Assembly (NCBI GenBank): GCA_964016885.1
Contig: OZ024740.1
Span: 85,684,001-85,748,000, forward strand
DNA from: Eledone cirrhosa
Taxonomy: Eukaryota
DNA length: 64,000 nucleotides
Direction of reading: 5' to 3'
Below the pieces are notes generated by a model, which was given only the letters and a program-made list of their open reading frames with translations, searched no databases and was not told the origin of the DNA. Positions 38,684-52,059 of this stretch are shown here, piece by piece (within the stretch, counting starts at the first letter, position 1; each line of letters opens with the position of its first letter). A program made the translations under genes and the position numbers.

Positions 38684-39147
38684 TATAATGATCGTAAGAT
38701 AATATTTTTCCTGGCACAATAACTCAGTGCTATTTGTATCGGCATTTAACAGCACATCACCACAGAAGATGAAAATAGCAGAAAACAGTCGAAGTCGGCA
38801 TGTGTGATCACAGTCTCCAGACCACTACTTCCCTTAAACTGTCGAGAGATGCATCGCTGAAAAACCACACAAATCTGACTGAAATCTGATAGCTGGTGCC
38901 TATAGTCAAATAACTGATTGGCTTTTGCTGTCAGGTTGCGTCTTTTTTACCCGTAAATATCGAACTGTCCATAATGTGCAGGGGTGTGTATCTTAACTAA
39001 GATAAAGCAAATTTGTTTTAACTTCAAAGAAACGATCACAACACTTTGCTGTTGGTACTTTGTATGCGATGACTTTCCTAATAACCTCTTCGAGTTTACA
39101 AACTATCCCTTTCTGTAATCTATTATTCTCCAGCGATAATTCCATAC

Positions 39148-39339
39148 TACGAGGGTCAACTGAAAAGGCTGACCAAGATAATCTCATGGAATAACTAAAT
39201 GAGGTTCATTTTTCAACATAGTCCTTGGAAAGAAACAATGCGGTTATTAACAAGAGTTGAAATTAATGCATTCAAGATTTTAGAGCGCTAGCATCACCCC
39301 TTCATCGTCAGGCTATGAACGTTTCAGCCGACCCTCGTA
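39148..39339. mobile_element. Tc1/mariner-type MITE, second copy
   Basis: tacgagggtc...gaccctcgta termini; interior matches 33862-34056. Confidence 0.85.
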
Positions 39340-39909
39340 AAATAAATGGATTCTCTCTTAATTTCTTCTTTAATCAGAACCACTATATGTTGTTAATATT
39401 TATTTATATATTTCACGAATTCACACAGCTTTCTGTAATTGTGTCTCTAGCTAAATAATCACATTCAGTCATAAACATTCTTAGGAAAAGATAAAACTGA
39501 AAAGATACAATACACAAAACATGAAGGGAGCAATTAGAAAAATAGTATAAATAGACAAATATTTTCAACTGTTCACAATGGCACCAATAATATAATAACT
39601 ATTAATTCGTTAGCTATCCCAGTTATAAAATACAGTCTTAACATAATAAACTGGAAGTTAATTCAATTGAAGAGCTTAGACTGAAAAAATGGAAATCACT
39701 AAGAGAGTTCCAAAGCCACACCCATGAAGTCGATATAAATAAAATAAAGCTATCCCTCACATAAGACAAGTTCTGATACGAATAGAAGGCTACTACAGTA
39801 ACGACAGTGGGGTTGAATCAATGTTTGGAAGAAAGTTAGCGGAAACTGATTAGTGTATTATGAAAACTGATGCTGCTTGTACTCTGTGTTTATTTTCGGC
39901 TTTTGAGCC

Positions 39910-40960
39910 ATCCTCAATTCTCCCGATCTGTTGTCAATTTTTGTATAAGTCCACCACTAGGATGTCGCTGAACAAGTTTGTCGTGTAAATTTATACATGG
40001 CGATTTTCCTTCCGTGCATGCAATTATTGCCTCCTGTAGTAAATGGGTTGTTATCGGTCTTTTGCAGCACTGCATCCCCATTGCCGAGAACCGCGACATG
40101 TTGTTGAAATAGGCACAGAAGTCCATTATGCGATTCGTCTCATCGCTTGTTTCGAACAGCTGGTCGAAATGCCGCTGAAAGTCCACACCTATCTGCTTGG
40201 AATCGAGTAATATGAGTCTGTTTTGGTCAGCTAAAAGACCAAATTGTGACTTTGTTGCTACGTTGGGCTTCTACCACTTGAGCCTATTGGACAGTTTTCG
40301 TCCCTTCGTGTCTCAGAGCACGTGTCCTTGATCTGACAACACAACCTGGTCGACGGTCAATTTTGTCGTGAACACACCAGGCGCTATACCTTTCCTAAAT
40401 GCTTCTTCTAGCTCTCTCATTAGTTTATCTTTCTCCATGTCTACCAAACTTAATGAATTTTACTCTTCATACCCTATGAAGTGTATCTAAGTCAATTGTA
40501 AAGATCACAAAATTATTCGGTAACTGTCAGAGAGTTGGCAGTGTTTGACCAGGTTTAGAAGGTTTTCCCCCTCTCCTCAAGTCTACCTGCTCCACGCAGT
40601 CCAAGCAAACACCTAAGATACCGTTTCAGTCACCCAATAACATTAAGGAACGGAACCTTCCTAGAAAGGTCTTCTGAAAAATCTGCCAGTCTTGCTCATG
40701 TTGGGGAATAGACGGTTACTACCCTGAAAGCATGTCATTCGCTGCTGGCCACATCCAGCACTAACGACTTACCTTCGAGGTCTTAGAATATAGTCCGTAT
40801 CGTAAGATCCCAGTCAGTATTGAGATGCGTACGCCTCGTAGCAGCCGAAAATAGGTGCCTCAAACATTCTAGTCTCGCTGATGGCCACCACATATATATT
40901 CAGTGAACTGAGACCATTGAACAGGTGGCACTGCTTCCCAGACGAATCCAGGCTACGTGT
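39910..40960 (-). mobile_element. Decayed Tx1 ORF2 (APE to RT start)
   Basis: FQRHFDQLF...MDFCAYF...CCKRPIT...ACTEGKSP; ttttcgtcccttcgtgtctcagagcacg matches 5143-5170 reversed. Confidence 0.85.
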
Positions 40961-41431
40961 ATTTACACTGGCTGTCCTGAATGTTTGAATAAAAGATGGG
41001 TTGGTAGTGGCTAGAATTTCTTTGATTATATAGCCAAGCCAAACGGTTTACGTGGTCATTCGACATGCTAGAGATAACAAGCAAATATCCTTCAATTTGC
41101 ACCCTATTGGCTCTACAAATATTAAAAAATTGCAAACTGAATAATATAGCCATAGAAAGAAATACAGCTTGAACATAATTCCCCATAGGACACTGTTTGA
41201 CAAGGAATGCCATAGAGTTAAAGAGCAACAACAAATTAAACATCAACATAAGGGTTTCTAGTTTAAGCAAAACACCAACAATACGGTGAGAGGAAAACTT
41301 CAATTAAATTGACATTATTTTGTCCATCAAGGAAGGATGAAGGGAAAATTTGACCTAGAGTGGTTGTCAGTGGATATTCGTTTTAACCAAGAAACGTTTT
41401 AATAACAAATGAAAAGAAAACACAGCAATGA

Positions 41432-42245
41432 TGTATGTATGTATGGATTTTGGTTTTAATAAGTGTGGAGTCCTAGCGATGAAGAGGGGTAAATTGAACA
41501 GAAGCAACAGAATCCAGGTACCAACAGGTGAGATGATAAAGGAAATAGACACTGAAGAGGGATACAAATATTTGGGTGTATCTGTGGAGAGAGAGGAGAC
41601 TGTGGCTCACATCGTATCCGAGTGTAAACACCTAACCAAGCTCACTATAAAGGTTGGAGGCATGATATAATAGGAAAGGTGATTCACTGGCATTTATGCA
41701 AACTGAATAATTTACCGCATTCTGAGAAGTGGTATGAGCATAAGCCAGAGTCGGTGATAGAAAACTATCAAGTGAAGGTGCTATGGGATTTCAGGATACA
41801 GACAGACAAGAAATTAGAACACAATAGGCCTGACTTGGTGGGTTTTGACAAGGAAAAAAGATCGTGCCTGATTATAGATGTAGTCTGCCCTTTTGACACA
41901 AGAGTGCAAGAAAAAAAGAGAGAAAAAATTAACCGATACCAGGATTTAAAGTGGGAGTTTAAAAAGATTTTGAATTGTCTCGAGATCAAGGTCGTCTCGA
42001 TTATCATACGAGCACTGGATACTATCTCAAAGATTTTTCAGAGATGGTTAAAGAACATTAGTCCAGCCCCCTTTTTTGGAACACTTCAAAAGGCATGATT
42101 GCTGGGAACAGCAAGAACCCTCCGATACGTCCTGAATATCTGAGGCTGCAGGTAGCGGCTTGATATTCATTTCAAAAAACTTTCCAGTTAAATAACATCA
42201 ATGACTGAGACTCCAAGAATAATAATGATAATAAAAATAATAATA
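41432..42245 (+). mobile_element. Dong/R4-family LINE, 5'-truncated and internally deleted copy
   Basis: Matches 55437-55580 joined to 56217-56860; RPDLV...IIDVVCPFD RLE; same 3'UTR; (AAT)n tail. Confidence 0.93.
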
Positions 42246-45039
42246 ACAACAACAACACCAACAACGCAATTTAGTATTCTGATTCTTCAGGAAGATCCAA
42301 AGACGAAAATGTTATCAAATTTAAGCTGACTTTGGTGTATTTGATCTCCGATCTCTCTTGAAATATTAAATATTCAAATAACAAGTTTCGTTAATTTTTG
42401 CTTGTTTGTTCTTTCTATTTAGTTAGTTTTTTTGTGTGTTTTTAATGATGTTTTCTCGGAAACGTTTCGCTGCAATTTGAAACCTAATAATTTCAATAGT
42501 GATTGGGCATGAAATAAACGAAAGAATATGGAAGTTTTTGAACAATCCCTTTTTAATTGAAAATAGAAAAAAGTGATATTTATCGCTCGTAAGATAAACG
42601 TGGGGAAATAAATGAACGGATTCTTTTTTTTGTTTTTCGTCGTTAAGTATCAGAAATAGATGGATATTTTCGATGCAGTAGATGAGAGAATAACTGCTTG
42701 TAATGTATTAGGGGAAAGTTAACTCTACAAGTGTACATCAATATATAAATAGATTGTTGGTTTTAGTCGAATGAGTATTGTAGCAGATAGAAGGATATAT
42801 TAGCATTGGGAAATGTGAAAATATGATAATATATCGCTACAATGCGGATAACAATTCTGATATTTGATAACATCAAATAATAGTTAAGTAAATCATGTAA
42901 AGTACCATTGGAGACGTAAAAACAGTGATTAAGGTAAGCCTCCTGCGGTGAATCTAACTACACATCCTTTGAATGACGGCCAGACAAGCATATTGAACCA
43001 TTACGCCAGTATACGTAAGATGCAAGGTTCGATACCCCGCTGCGCTCTCTGTCCACATTTTTACATCTCCAGGGGTACTTCATCCGAATTATTTCTCTAC
43101 TATTTACATTTATCAGCATTTCAAATTTCATATATATATGGAGAATAGGATTGGCTGTGTAGTTGCTAGTTAAGGTAGGCTTAAAAATAAGAAGAAAGAA
43201 AGAAAAAGGGGGGGGGGGGTTCCTCGTCAGTTGTCTGCTGGGGGTCACGGATATTTCAACGCTTTAAAGAAAATATATCTACCCCCCCCCACCCCAGAGC
43301 GTTCAATAACTAGGTAAGTTATTGGGAAAACGGAGGAGGGAGGGAAGGAAAATATAGTATAACAGAAGGGGAAAGGGGAAAAAAAAAATATATATATAAT
43401 CTGTGGTGTTGGCTTGTTACCACTAACATACCCACTCTGCATCTTACCATGTACCGAGTACTTCTTTGTTTGTGGTCTTCTCGGTCCCAATACCGCACAC
43501 TATCCATCTGCCGCCTCCCTCCCCCTCTCTCTCCTCCCATCCCCCCTCTCTCTCTATATATATATACATATATACAAATATATACATACATACATGTTAG
43601 TGTACGCGCGCGTGTATAAGTGTATGTTTATACATTTACATCAGTTAATTTATACTGATGAGTGAACGTTCAATTATTTCTGTTTATTGAACAGTTCAAA
43701 TTTCAAATGAATAGAAAGACGGTATTTTTTTTCTATTAAATGATGGATGTTTAAACACCAACATTTTAACCTTTTAATTAACATAATACTAATCGGAAAC
43801 ACTGTCTGTGATTTTCAAATAATTTTGTAATATAACTAACTTTATCATTATTTAGCAGTGATTCGGAACATAACTTAATACAGGTTTATTATTTTATATT
43901 ATTTTAATTATGATGGAAGGTTTTTATATAAACGTAATCACTTGAAAATAAACAAATCAGTTTCATAGAATTGGAGCGGTTTCCGGCAATTAGGTATGAA
44001 AAGAGTTAAATTAACTAAAGGCAATTATACACAGTATCAATAACGTCACTAAATGAAGATCACTGAATTTGAAAACATTTATTTAAAAGAACAAACAAAT
44101 AGAATGTGTGCATTTAAAATCGGTAAAAAAACAAAAAAAAAACAACACAAAAAAGAACACCTGGTAGTAATATTTGTTCGGGAAACATGTCAAGGAGTCA
44201 TATACAGTTGATGATTACATTAAACAGAATATCTTCCAATGATTTGTTTTTGCTACACCATAATAACATTCATTGAATTTCCTGGATTCATTTATATTTT
44301 TTGTATATTCATATCGACTAGTTTACCTGTAAGTTTTCAATGAATTTCTCTTATGCTGAGCGTCATTGTTATGCAGAAAAATCCACGACTGATCATAAAT
44401 GACTCTTGTCCGATGAAAGAATAGTCTCCTTAAAGATCTTCTCCACATAGTCTGCGCTATTCATGAAGCTTTTGATCTGATGAATAGAACTGCTAAATTT
44501 TCATGCATGACTATATCTAATTCTTAGGCTCCCGAATGAGCTTAATGCAAATCCAATTATTAGTTTTATTTTATTTTTGTTGCTCTTTTAGAGAAATATA
44601 GTTTATTGCCAATAATTTTTACAAGTTAGAACGGCTTGAATATATTTTTGATGGTTGTGGCACCAATTTGCACTTGGTATTTCTGTCGAATGTATCGGTC
44701 CAAATTTTCAATAACACTGGAAGGACAGAATAGCAACCGACTTCATGGAAAAAAGTTAGCGAGCATCCAGCTTGAGCAGCCGTGACTCGAAAAAACTATT
44801 TCATCTTATGTAGTTGGCCAATTTACCAACTTGTCTCTGTTGTCCAATCCTGTGTTCCGTAGGATGTTATGATCAAATAGATATTAATAGTGTGCTTTAC
44901 TTAAGTATAGTAACAGTAAAAAATCGAATAATAAAACTAAAATGATTCTCTCTAAAATACGTCGGATGATGGGGTCACAGCGTAACAACAAAGCTACACT
45001 TTGTTCTTTTGCAGTACGCAGCAAGTAGGTGTTATCCAA

Positions 45040-45510
45040 TTCCAAGGAGATGTGTTCAACATTCTATGTGTTTTAGCCGAAATAGTGGTGAGAAGCAACG
45101 CGCTGGAAGCATTGAACTTCGATGCCTACCTAGAGGGTCTGCTGTAACGCTAGAGTAAAGAAGTAGAGCATTGTAGAACACAAATTTCAGCAGTGAAAGT
45201 AGTAAACATGCTGAGTAACTGTGCGATGGCCACGTCACAGGGATTGGATGGCCAACCTTACAAACTTTTCTCTTACATATCAAACCAGTTCGATTCGGTC
45301 TACACAGCTGTATACTGAAACTGACAACAAACTGTAGAGAAAGATGATAAACAAGTGGAAGACAGAATTGAAGCTTTCTGGCCCATATTTCTACTCAACA
45401 CAGAATGAAAGATGTTGGAAAAGATGCTCGTGAAAGGTTAACACTTGTCGTTGGTAATCTAATCGGAGACTTAGAAAAGTATACAATCCCAGACCGATCT
45501 ATCATGGATA
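45040..45510 (+). mobile_element. Decayed Tx1 RT fragment
   Basis: FWPIFLLNTE and ERLTLVVGNLIGD..YTIPDRSI parallel FRPITLLNTE and KRLALVVGGLVGEAQTCAIPDRSI. Confidence 0.75.
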
Positions 45511-46070
45511 GATCGGTCTGGGGTTGCATACTGTTGCATACTCACCCTCAAATTCTTGGGCTCTTATGGCCAATACAAATTTATTTTTTATTTTCCTTTC
45601 TGGTTTTGTTTGTTTCTGTTTTTTTTTTGTGCTACTACATCGTTACAACATGTTTTTCTTGTCTTTATATTCACAGACTTTATTTTGTTATATTTCCTCC
45701 TATGCTTGCATTAATGTTTTTTTCTTCATTTCTTTCCTTATTTACAAACACGTGAATATACAAATATTGATTTTTCACTCTTGTACTCGCCTCATTTTAC
45801 TTTTGTAATGCTTTGTTTATTTTCGTAACTGCAGACAACGCGTGTCATGACGGACCACGTTCATCACAACTGTCATATTCACTCTAAACATTCTGAATAT
45901 ATATATAGATTCAAAAATATCTTGTCAGGCAGTATATTTTCTACATCGCGTGACCATTGTAATCGGGAAACTACTAGTTACAATGAAGGAATAATTTATG
46001 CTGACAATAAAAAATGTGTAGATTCTATTTGTTCGTTTTAATAATATTTTTCTTATTTCTACATTAGAAC

Positions 46071-46165
46071 GTGTATACATACACATACATACGCATACAC
46101 ACACATACATACAAATATATACAAATACACACACACATATATACATATATATATGCATATATATG

Positions 46166-46201
<36 letters not shown>

Positions 46202-46259
46202 TTTATATATATATATATTCATTTATATATATATATATATATACATATACACACACACG

Positions 46260-46346
<87 letters not shown>

Positions 46347-46533
46347 GTATATATATATATATATATAGGCATATATATGCATATATATATGTATATGTAT
46401 ATATGTGTGTGTGTATTTGTATATATTTGTATGTATGTATGTGTATGCGTATATATTTGTATGTATGTGTGTGTATGCGTATATGTAAATATATGCATAT
46501 ATGTATAAATATATATGCATATATATATATGCA

Positions 46534-46585
<52 letters not shown>

Positions 46586-46632
46586 CGTGCCTCTCTCTCC
46601 CTCCCTCTCTCTCGCTTTCTCTCTGTGTGTGT
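46071..46632. repeat. Compound (TA)n/(CA)n/(TG)n microsatellite field
   Basis: Direct reading; similar tracts at 18973-19050, 19656-19739, 46860-46970, 51670-51930, 58173-58258, 58762-59038, 62444-62522, 62688-62768, 63056-63232. Confidence 0.97.
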
Positions 46633-46858
46633 GACATAACATTATGAAATATAATATACTCTTTTATTCGTTTACTGGTTTAGTAATTGGACTGGAGACA
46701 TAATGGGCAGCGTTTTCAATAGTTAAGACTATTATATCCACACAAGTAGTTATTCAATCGTTGTGTATTTGTCCACCACACTTGGTTTAAATCAGATAGT
46801 GATACAATATAAACGAAGTCCTTTTTAAAACCTGTGCACTCTTGAACAGAGAGAGAGA

Positions 46859-46970
<112 letters not shown>

Positions 46971-47199
46971 ATGAGGTTAACGGGACTAGCATAAAGTTTC
47001 TTGTATCGGCTGCAGCGCAGACAAACCATAACAGAAGCACAAACCCTCCTCAATTTTACTTTTGAAAATAATAAGAACTGTTAAACCGTTAAAGTAAATA
47101 AATAAATATTCTTAAAAGACTCCAGTTGAATTTTTTATTTCTTTTCATTATACTTTCACCCGTGTGGGACATCTCTTTTTTAACCCCTCCCCACCATTT

Positions 47200-47249
<50 letters not shown>

Positions 47250-47284
47250 AAATAAAATAAATAAGTCAAATGTTTAAAATTTGG

Positions 47285-47337
47285 CTTCGTATATTTCGGT
47301 GACAGCCATCTTTGGCTGTGACCTCTTCAGGCAGTCC
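47285..47337 (-). ncRNA. Degenerate hammerhead motif at the 3' end of the Penelope element
   Basis: CTGAAGA-ggt-cacagcca-aaga-tggctgtc-acc-GAAA; the cleavage site and stem I are imperfect. Confidence 0.5.
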
Positions 47338-48668
47338 GAATTAGTGTGGTAGAGACGAGTACACATGTTGTTGAGGTGTATAACTTTGTCAATACTCTGA
47401 TATGCCCAGTTCCTGGTTGGGTTGTTATTTCACCGAGGAACTGGAATCATATGAATTCAAACAAACGAATTTCAGCGTCAAAGGGACTCTTCTCCTCTCA
47501 TTGGTCAGTTGTTAGAACATTCCCCAGTCAAAAGTCTATAGAAATTCGTTCTGAGGCAAGCCAATCTGTATTTGTTGTTCTTGTTATTGTTAGGTACATC
47601 TGACCTCTATTCTTGTGTTGGTAGTGGTGTTATTGTTGGAGTCAGCTAAAAAATAAATGATAAAGTGGTAGAAGGAATAAGATGGTAAAGGAACAAAATA
47701 AAATAAAATAATCGAATAAAATGTGTGTGTGTGTGTTATACCCATCTCAATGTTATAAATATTTGTAAGGTCAAACTTCCCATTGGTCAGTTTTGAGAGC
47801 ATTCCTCAGTCCAAAGTCTATAGAAATTCGTTCTGGGGTGAGGCTCCCTGTAGTGTTTGGGCTTGCTATTGTTAAGTACATCTGATCTCTACCCTTATTT
47901 TGGTAGTGTTGTTGGTGTCGTGGTCAGCATATGTCTTGCTGCTGCTGACGATTTAGAAATATCTGTGTGTGTGTTTCTTCATTCCTCCTGCCACCATCTC
48001 CCGTGGTGGTGGTGGTGGTGGTAGTGGGGTGCTCTGCCATGTATATGGAGAAATAGAAGGCAATAAAATGAAGTAAACAGAAAATAAATAATAAATAGAG
48101 AATAAATGAAAAATTAATGAAAAGGTAATGAAAAAGTAATAAAAATGAATATGGAAAATGAAAAATGAAAATGAAAAGTGAAAAATAAAATGAAGATTCA
48201 AATAAAATAAGATAAAATGTGTGTGTGCTATAACCAATCTCAAGGTCAGAAATATGTTGGATAGATTGGTAGGAGGAACAAGATGGTAAAAGAATAAAAC
48301 GAAATAGGAAAACCAAATAAAATGAGTGTGTGTTATAACCAATCTCAACTTAAATATAAATATAAGGTGACAAAGTGAAGAAAACAGAAAACAAATAACA
48401 AATGAATAATGAGAAATCAAAAATCAAGTAAATTAAAATGTGTGTGTGTTATAAAGATGTTGGCCAAATTATAAAGGCTGTGTCAGAATCAATCTCTAGG
48501 CTATCATGGTGTCTGCTCAGCCTGTGTTGGTCCCTATGGCTTGAGGGGAGTTCCCAACCTATGGTATTGTTACTGCCCATATAGCTTGAGGGAGGTCTGG
48601 CCGAGAGGTGTCTACATTTTCTGGAGAAGTCCCTATAGCTTGAGGGGAGTTCACATCTTATTGTGTTG

Positions 48669-49070
48669 CTACTGTCCATATATCTTAAGGAAGGTCCCGG
48701 CCCTGAGGTGTCTGCATGTCCCGAAGAAGTCGGTTCTGAGGTTTATCAGGCCGCTTCCACCTCTTAGTATCTCGAGGGTCTCGTTCAGACATAGTTTGCA
48801 TATGCAAGATCCCCCTTTATCGGGTGGTACTTTCCTGATTATGGACCAGGCTAGAGAGTACGGAGTCCTGTCCAACTTAAGCTTCCAGATCAGGTCGGAG
48901 AGAGCCGTACTTTTCCTTTTGGCCTCCTTATTGAAGGAATGGCGATGGTTATACCAGCGCTCTTTAAAGCTCGTTGATGTGGCTCCTATGTAGAGGTGTT
49001 CGGAGTTAGGGGTTTTAACTCTACAACCGTATACTAGGTTCTTCTTAAGGCATTCATTACCAAGGGGCAT
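48669..49070 (-). pseudogene. GIY-YIG endonuclease domain of a Penelope-like element
   Basis: NLVYGC...LYIGATSTSFKERWYNHRHSF...TALSDLIWKLK...WSII...CKLCLNE. Confidence 0.92.
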
Positions 49071-50019
49071 AATTCGGGGTTTCTGCAGTTGCAGAGGGTG
49101 GTCGACCTCTGCGTGCCTAGATTGGGGTTCCCGTTAGGTGTTATATGGTGGTCTTCCCCCAGGCACGGGGGGGGGGGTCCCCAAGTCTGTTTGGGTTTCT
49201 TGGGTGGGCACGCCCCCTCCCTCCTTTCACATGGTTCTGCTGAGTGATTGTATTGCCATTTTCTGGTTATGTGTGGTTTTTAAGCCTACTCCTGTTGAGC
49301 CAGATTGAGCTATGTGTTGGGCCAGATTTCTCGTGGTGGAATACGAGAGCTTCACAGTGTTGAAGATCTTCTGTTGAAGATCTTGTGGTATCTATGGTCC
49401 CTCGGGAAGCATTTATCAAGTGCTCCAAAGAATGATCGGGCCAAGCTGTTCTTTAGGGCCGCTGATTAGGGTGGGTTGAACCACGTGATTTTTCGGTGTC
49501 TCCTCCTATATGTGTGGGTCGGGGGCGTCGTGAGTTGTTGGAGATTTGTTGGGTTGCTGGTGGTTCCCGCATTGTTGCTTCCCCTTTGGGCGCTATGCGT
49601 TTTTCTATCTTCACGGCCCGAATCTGTGGGGTGGTCGTTGCCCGCGCTGGGAGATCTACCGTGGAATGGTCCCCCGCCACGTGTCCTGCAGTTGGGGTCG
49701 TCGGGTCCGGGGTGGTTAGCATCACCCCTGAGACTGCTACTCATATTGGGTTTCATTTTCATGGTTAAGCGTACTCGTCACCAACGCCCGTGTGGTGGTG
49801 TCGGGCTCATGGTGCCTATTTGTTTCTGTTCTGTCTGTATTGTTAGGGTTCTCCCCCTCCCCCCCGGGGCAACGTGGGTGTGGGTGTCCGTTGGGCCATC
49901 CCCATCCCGGCGATTTGGACTATATGTTATATTTTGTCCATGTGCCCCCTCATTTAGAGCTGCGTATATGTATATATATCGTAGCTATATGAGATTCGTA
50001 CTTCATTTTCTCATTCTTT

Positions 50020-50212
50020 GGTGTGTGGATTGGCAGTATCGGTAGGGGGTTCGACGACATGCTTTCCAGCATAGTTACGCCCCTTTACGAACTGAGTTCA
50101 AATCCCGCCGAGGTTAACTTTGCCTTTCATCCTTACGTGGTCGATAATATAAAGTACCAGTAATGTACTGGGATAATTGCTGGCCTTGTGCCAAAAGTAG
50201 AAACAATTATTG
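50020..50212 (+). mobile_element. SINE family A
   Basis: Direct match to family A. Confidence 0.92.
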
Positions 50213-50611
50213 TTTGTATGCTATGTTGTATATTTGTATACTTGCTTTTTAAACTACGCAATGATGTTCTCTGGATTTAACTTGTTTTCTGTTTCTTTGC
50301 GTGGATCTGAATGTGTAATGTAATCTGTATTCAAACTCAATTGCTTTTAGAGTTTTGATATATTACGGGGCTGCTTTGCCGTATACTGATTTGTCAAATA
50401 ATGTTTTTAGTAGTGTCTTAATGGTGAATCATGTATTGTTTGAATGTATGATTATATAAAATGTCACCTCCTTTGTTTTACTGTATGAATTATATTTTCC
50501 CACAGTTAACTTTAAAATTATCACCGGACAATCTTCTTTGGATAGTTCTGTTTACGTATTTATTTTGAAGGGGCAATCTTCGAATTCTGGTTTATATCTC
50601 CCTCTGCTTTA

Positions 50612-51660
50612 GATGATTGTTTCAATGGACCAGGGTCATGCGTGTTAAGTGAAAACTACCATCAAAAGATGAAGCCTATAATGTAAAGTGTCCCATGTGA
50701 GGCATATCAGAAAGATATACATTGGTCCAATAAATGGAAACTTCAAAGTAAGATATATAAAATACACAAGTTATTTCAAAATAGACCAGTAGTATGACAA
50801 GCACAAACAAGAAAATAATAGACATGTATTAACACCAACACGGTTCTACCTCCCGAAAACATATGCATGCGCACACTAACACACAGGTATTTACAGGAAT
50901 CGAATTACAAAAAGCTAGTCCAAACTACATCTTTTTATACAAATATATTTTATATAAACATAAAGAAAAAAAAAATTTAACCACTCAAATCATTAAACCA
51001 TAAAACAAAAATATGGTGCATGATCAACGAACTGTAAAAGCAAGACGGTCTGAACAATTTCTGTATTTGAATAACAACTTAATATTTTTAAAGAAAACAC
51101 ATTCTTAAGCATTAAAACTACTAGATTATGAAAATAAAAACAAAACGGATTACCAATGGACTGTAAAGAAAAACAAGCTTTTCTGTACGACATCAGTATT
51201 TGATTAATAATATAACCGGTTTTATATAAATAAATGAGAAAAACCGACCCACAAAAACAATAGACAAATAAACAATAAATAAAAACAGTAAACAACCAAC
51301 AGAATAGCAAAATATTAAAACAACATCTCCAAATAAAGAAAAATAAAAGAAAACATCAAAATAAAATTAATAACCAACGAATGAAATAAACAAGAAATAA
51401 CAACGCCCTGATAAAAACAACATAATAAAAATAACATAAGAAATCAAACACAGTAAATAATAATAAGCTCAAACCGATGGATATGAAAGACTAGACACAT
51501 CGAGTGATAGGTGTTCTCGCATGATGATTGCCGTAGCCTGAAACTCGAGTCATGAGAAAAGAATTAATTAAAGATAACATATATTCTATAACTTATGTTG
51601 GCTACTGTCATGTACATTCGTCGACAAAAAGTAATATTTCAACATATTGTATATTAATGT
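50612..51660 (+). mobile_element. Second, older Penelope-like remnant
   Basis: RKIYIGPINGNFKVRY..YTSYFK at about 50709-50780 (YIG motif); A-rich 3' region; decayed hammerhead about 110 nt before a (CA/TA)n tract. Confidence 0.6.
51514..51558 (+). ncRNA. Decayed type I hammerhead motif
   Basis: ttctcgc-ATGATGA-ttgc-cgta-gcct-GAAA-ctcgag-TC-atgagaa; palindromic CTCGAG; C3 changed to A. Confidence 0.6.
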
Positions 51661-51785
51661 ATGCACACAGACGCACACACACACATAGATTTACATTTAT
51701 ATACATACATACATACATACATAATACATACATACATATACATGAATGCATATACATGAATGCATATATATGTACGCATATCTAC

Positions 51786-51931
<146 letters not shown>

Positions 51932-52059
51932 CTGTGTGTGTATGTTTTTGCGTAAGGTATTTAGTTATAATATAAACTGGCAGCTACTTAAAAGATTCAA
52001 GAGTTAGATGTCGTATGACGTATGCACAATGGTTAGAGATTGGTGAGCCAGATTAAGGC

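Larger units (their letters stand above)
47244..49700 (-). mobile_element. Penelope-like element: RT-thumb/linker remnant, GIY-YIG endonuclease, repetitive 3' region ending at (TA)n
   Basis: ITWFNPP, LDKCFPRDHRYHKIFN, TVKLSYS, then the GIY-YIG ORF; the 5' boundary is uncertain. Confidence 0.85.

Noticed and set aside
43218-43240. Minus-strand CTGACGAGG near a TA-rich tract
   Set aside because: No downstream GAAA or stems; at best a truncated relic.
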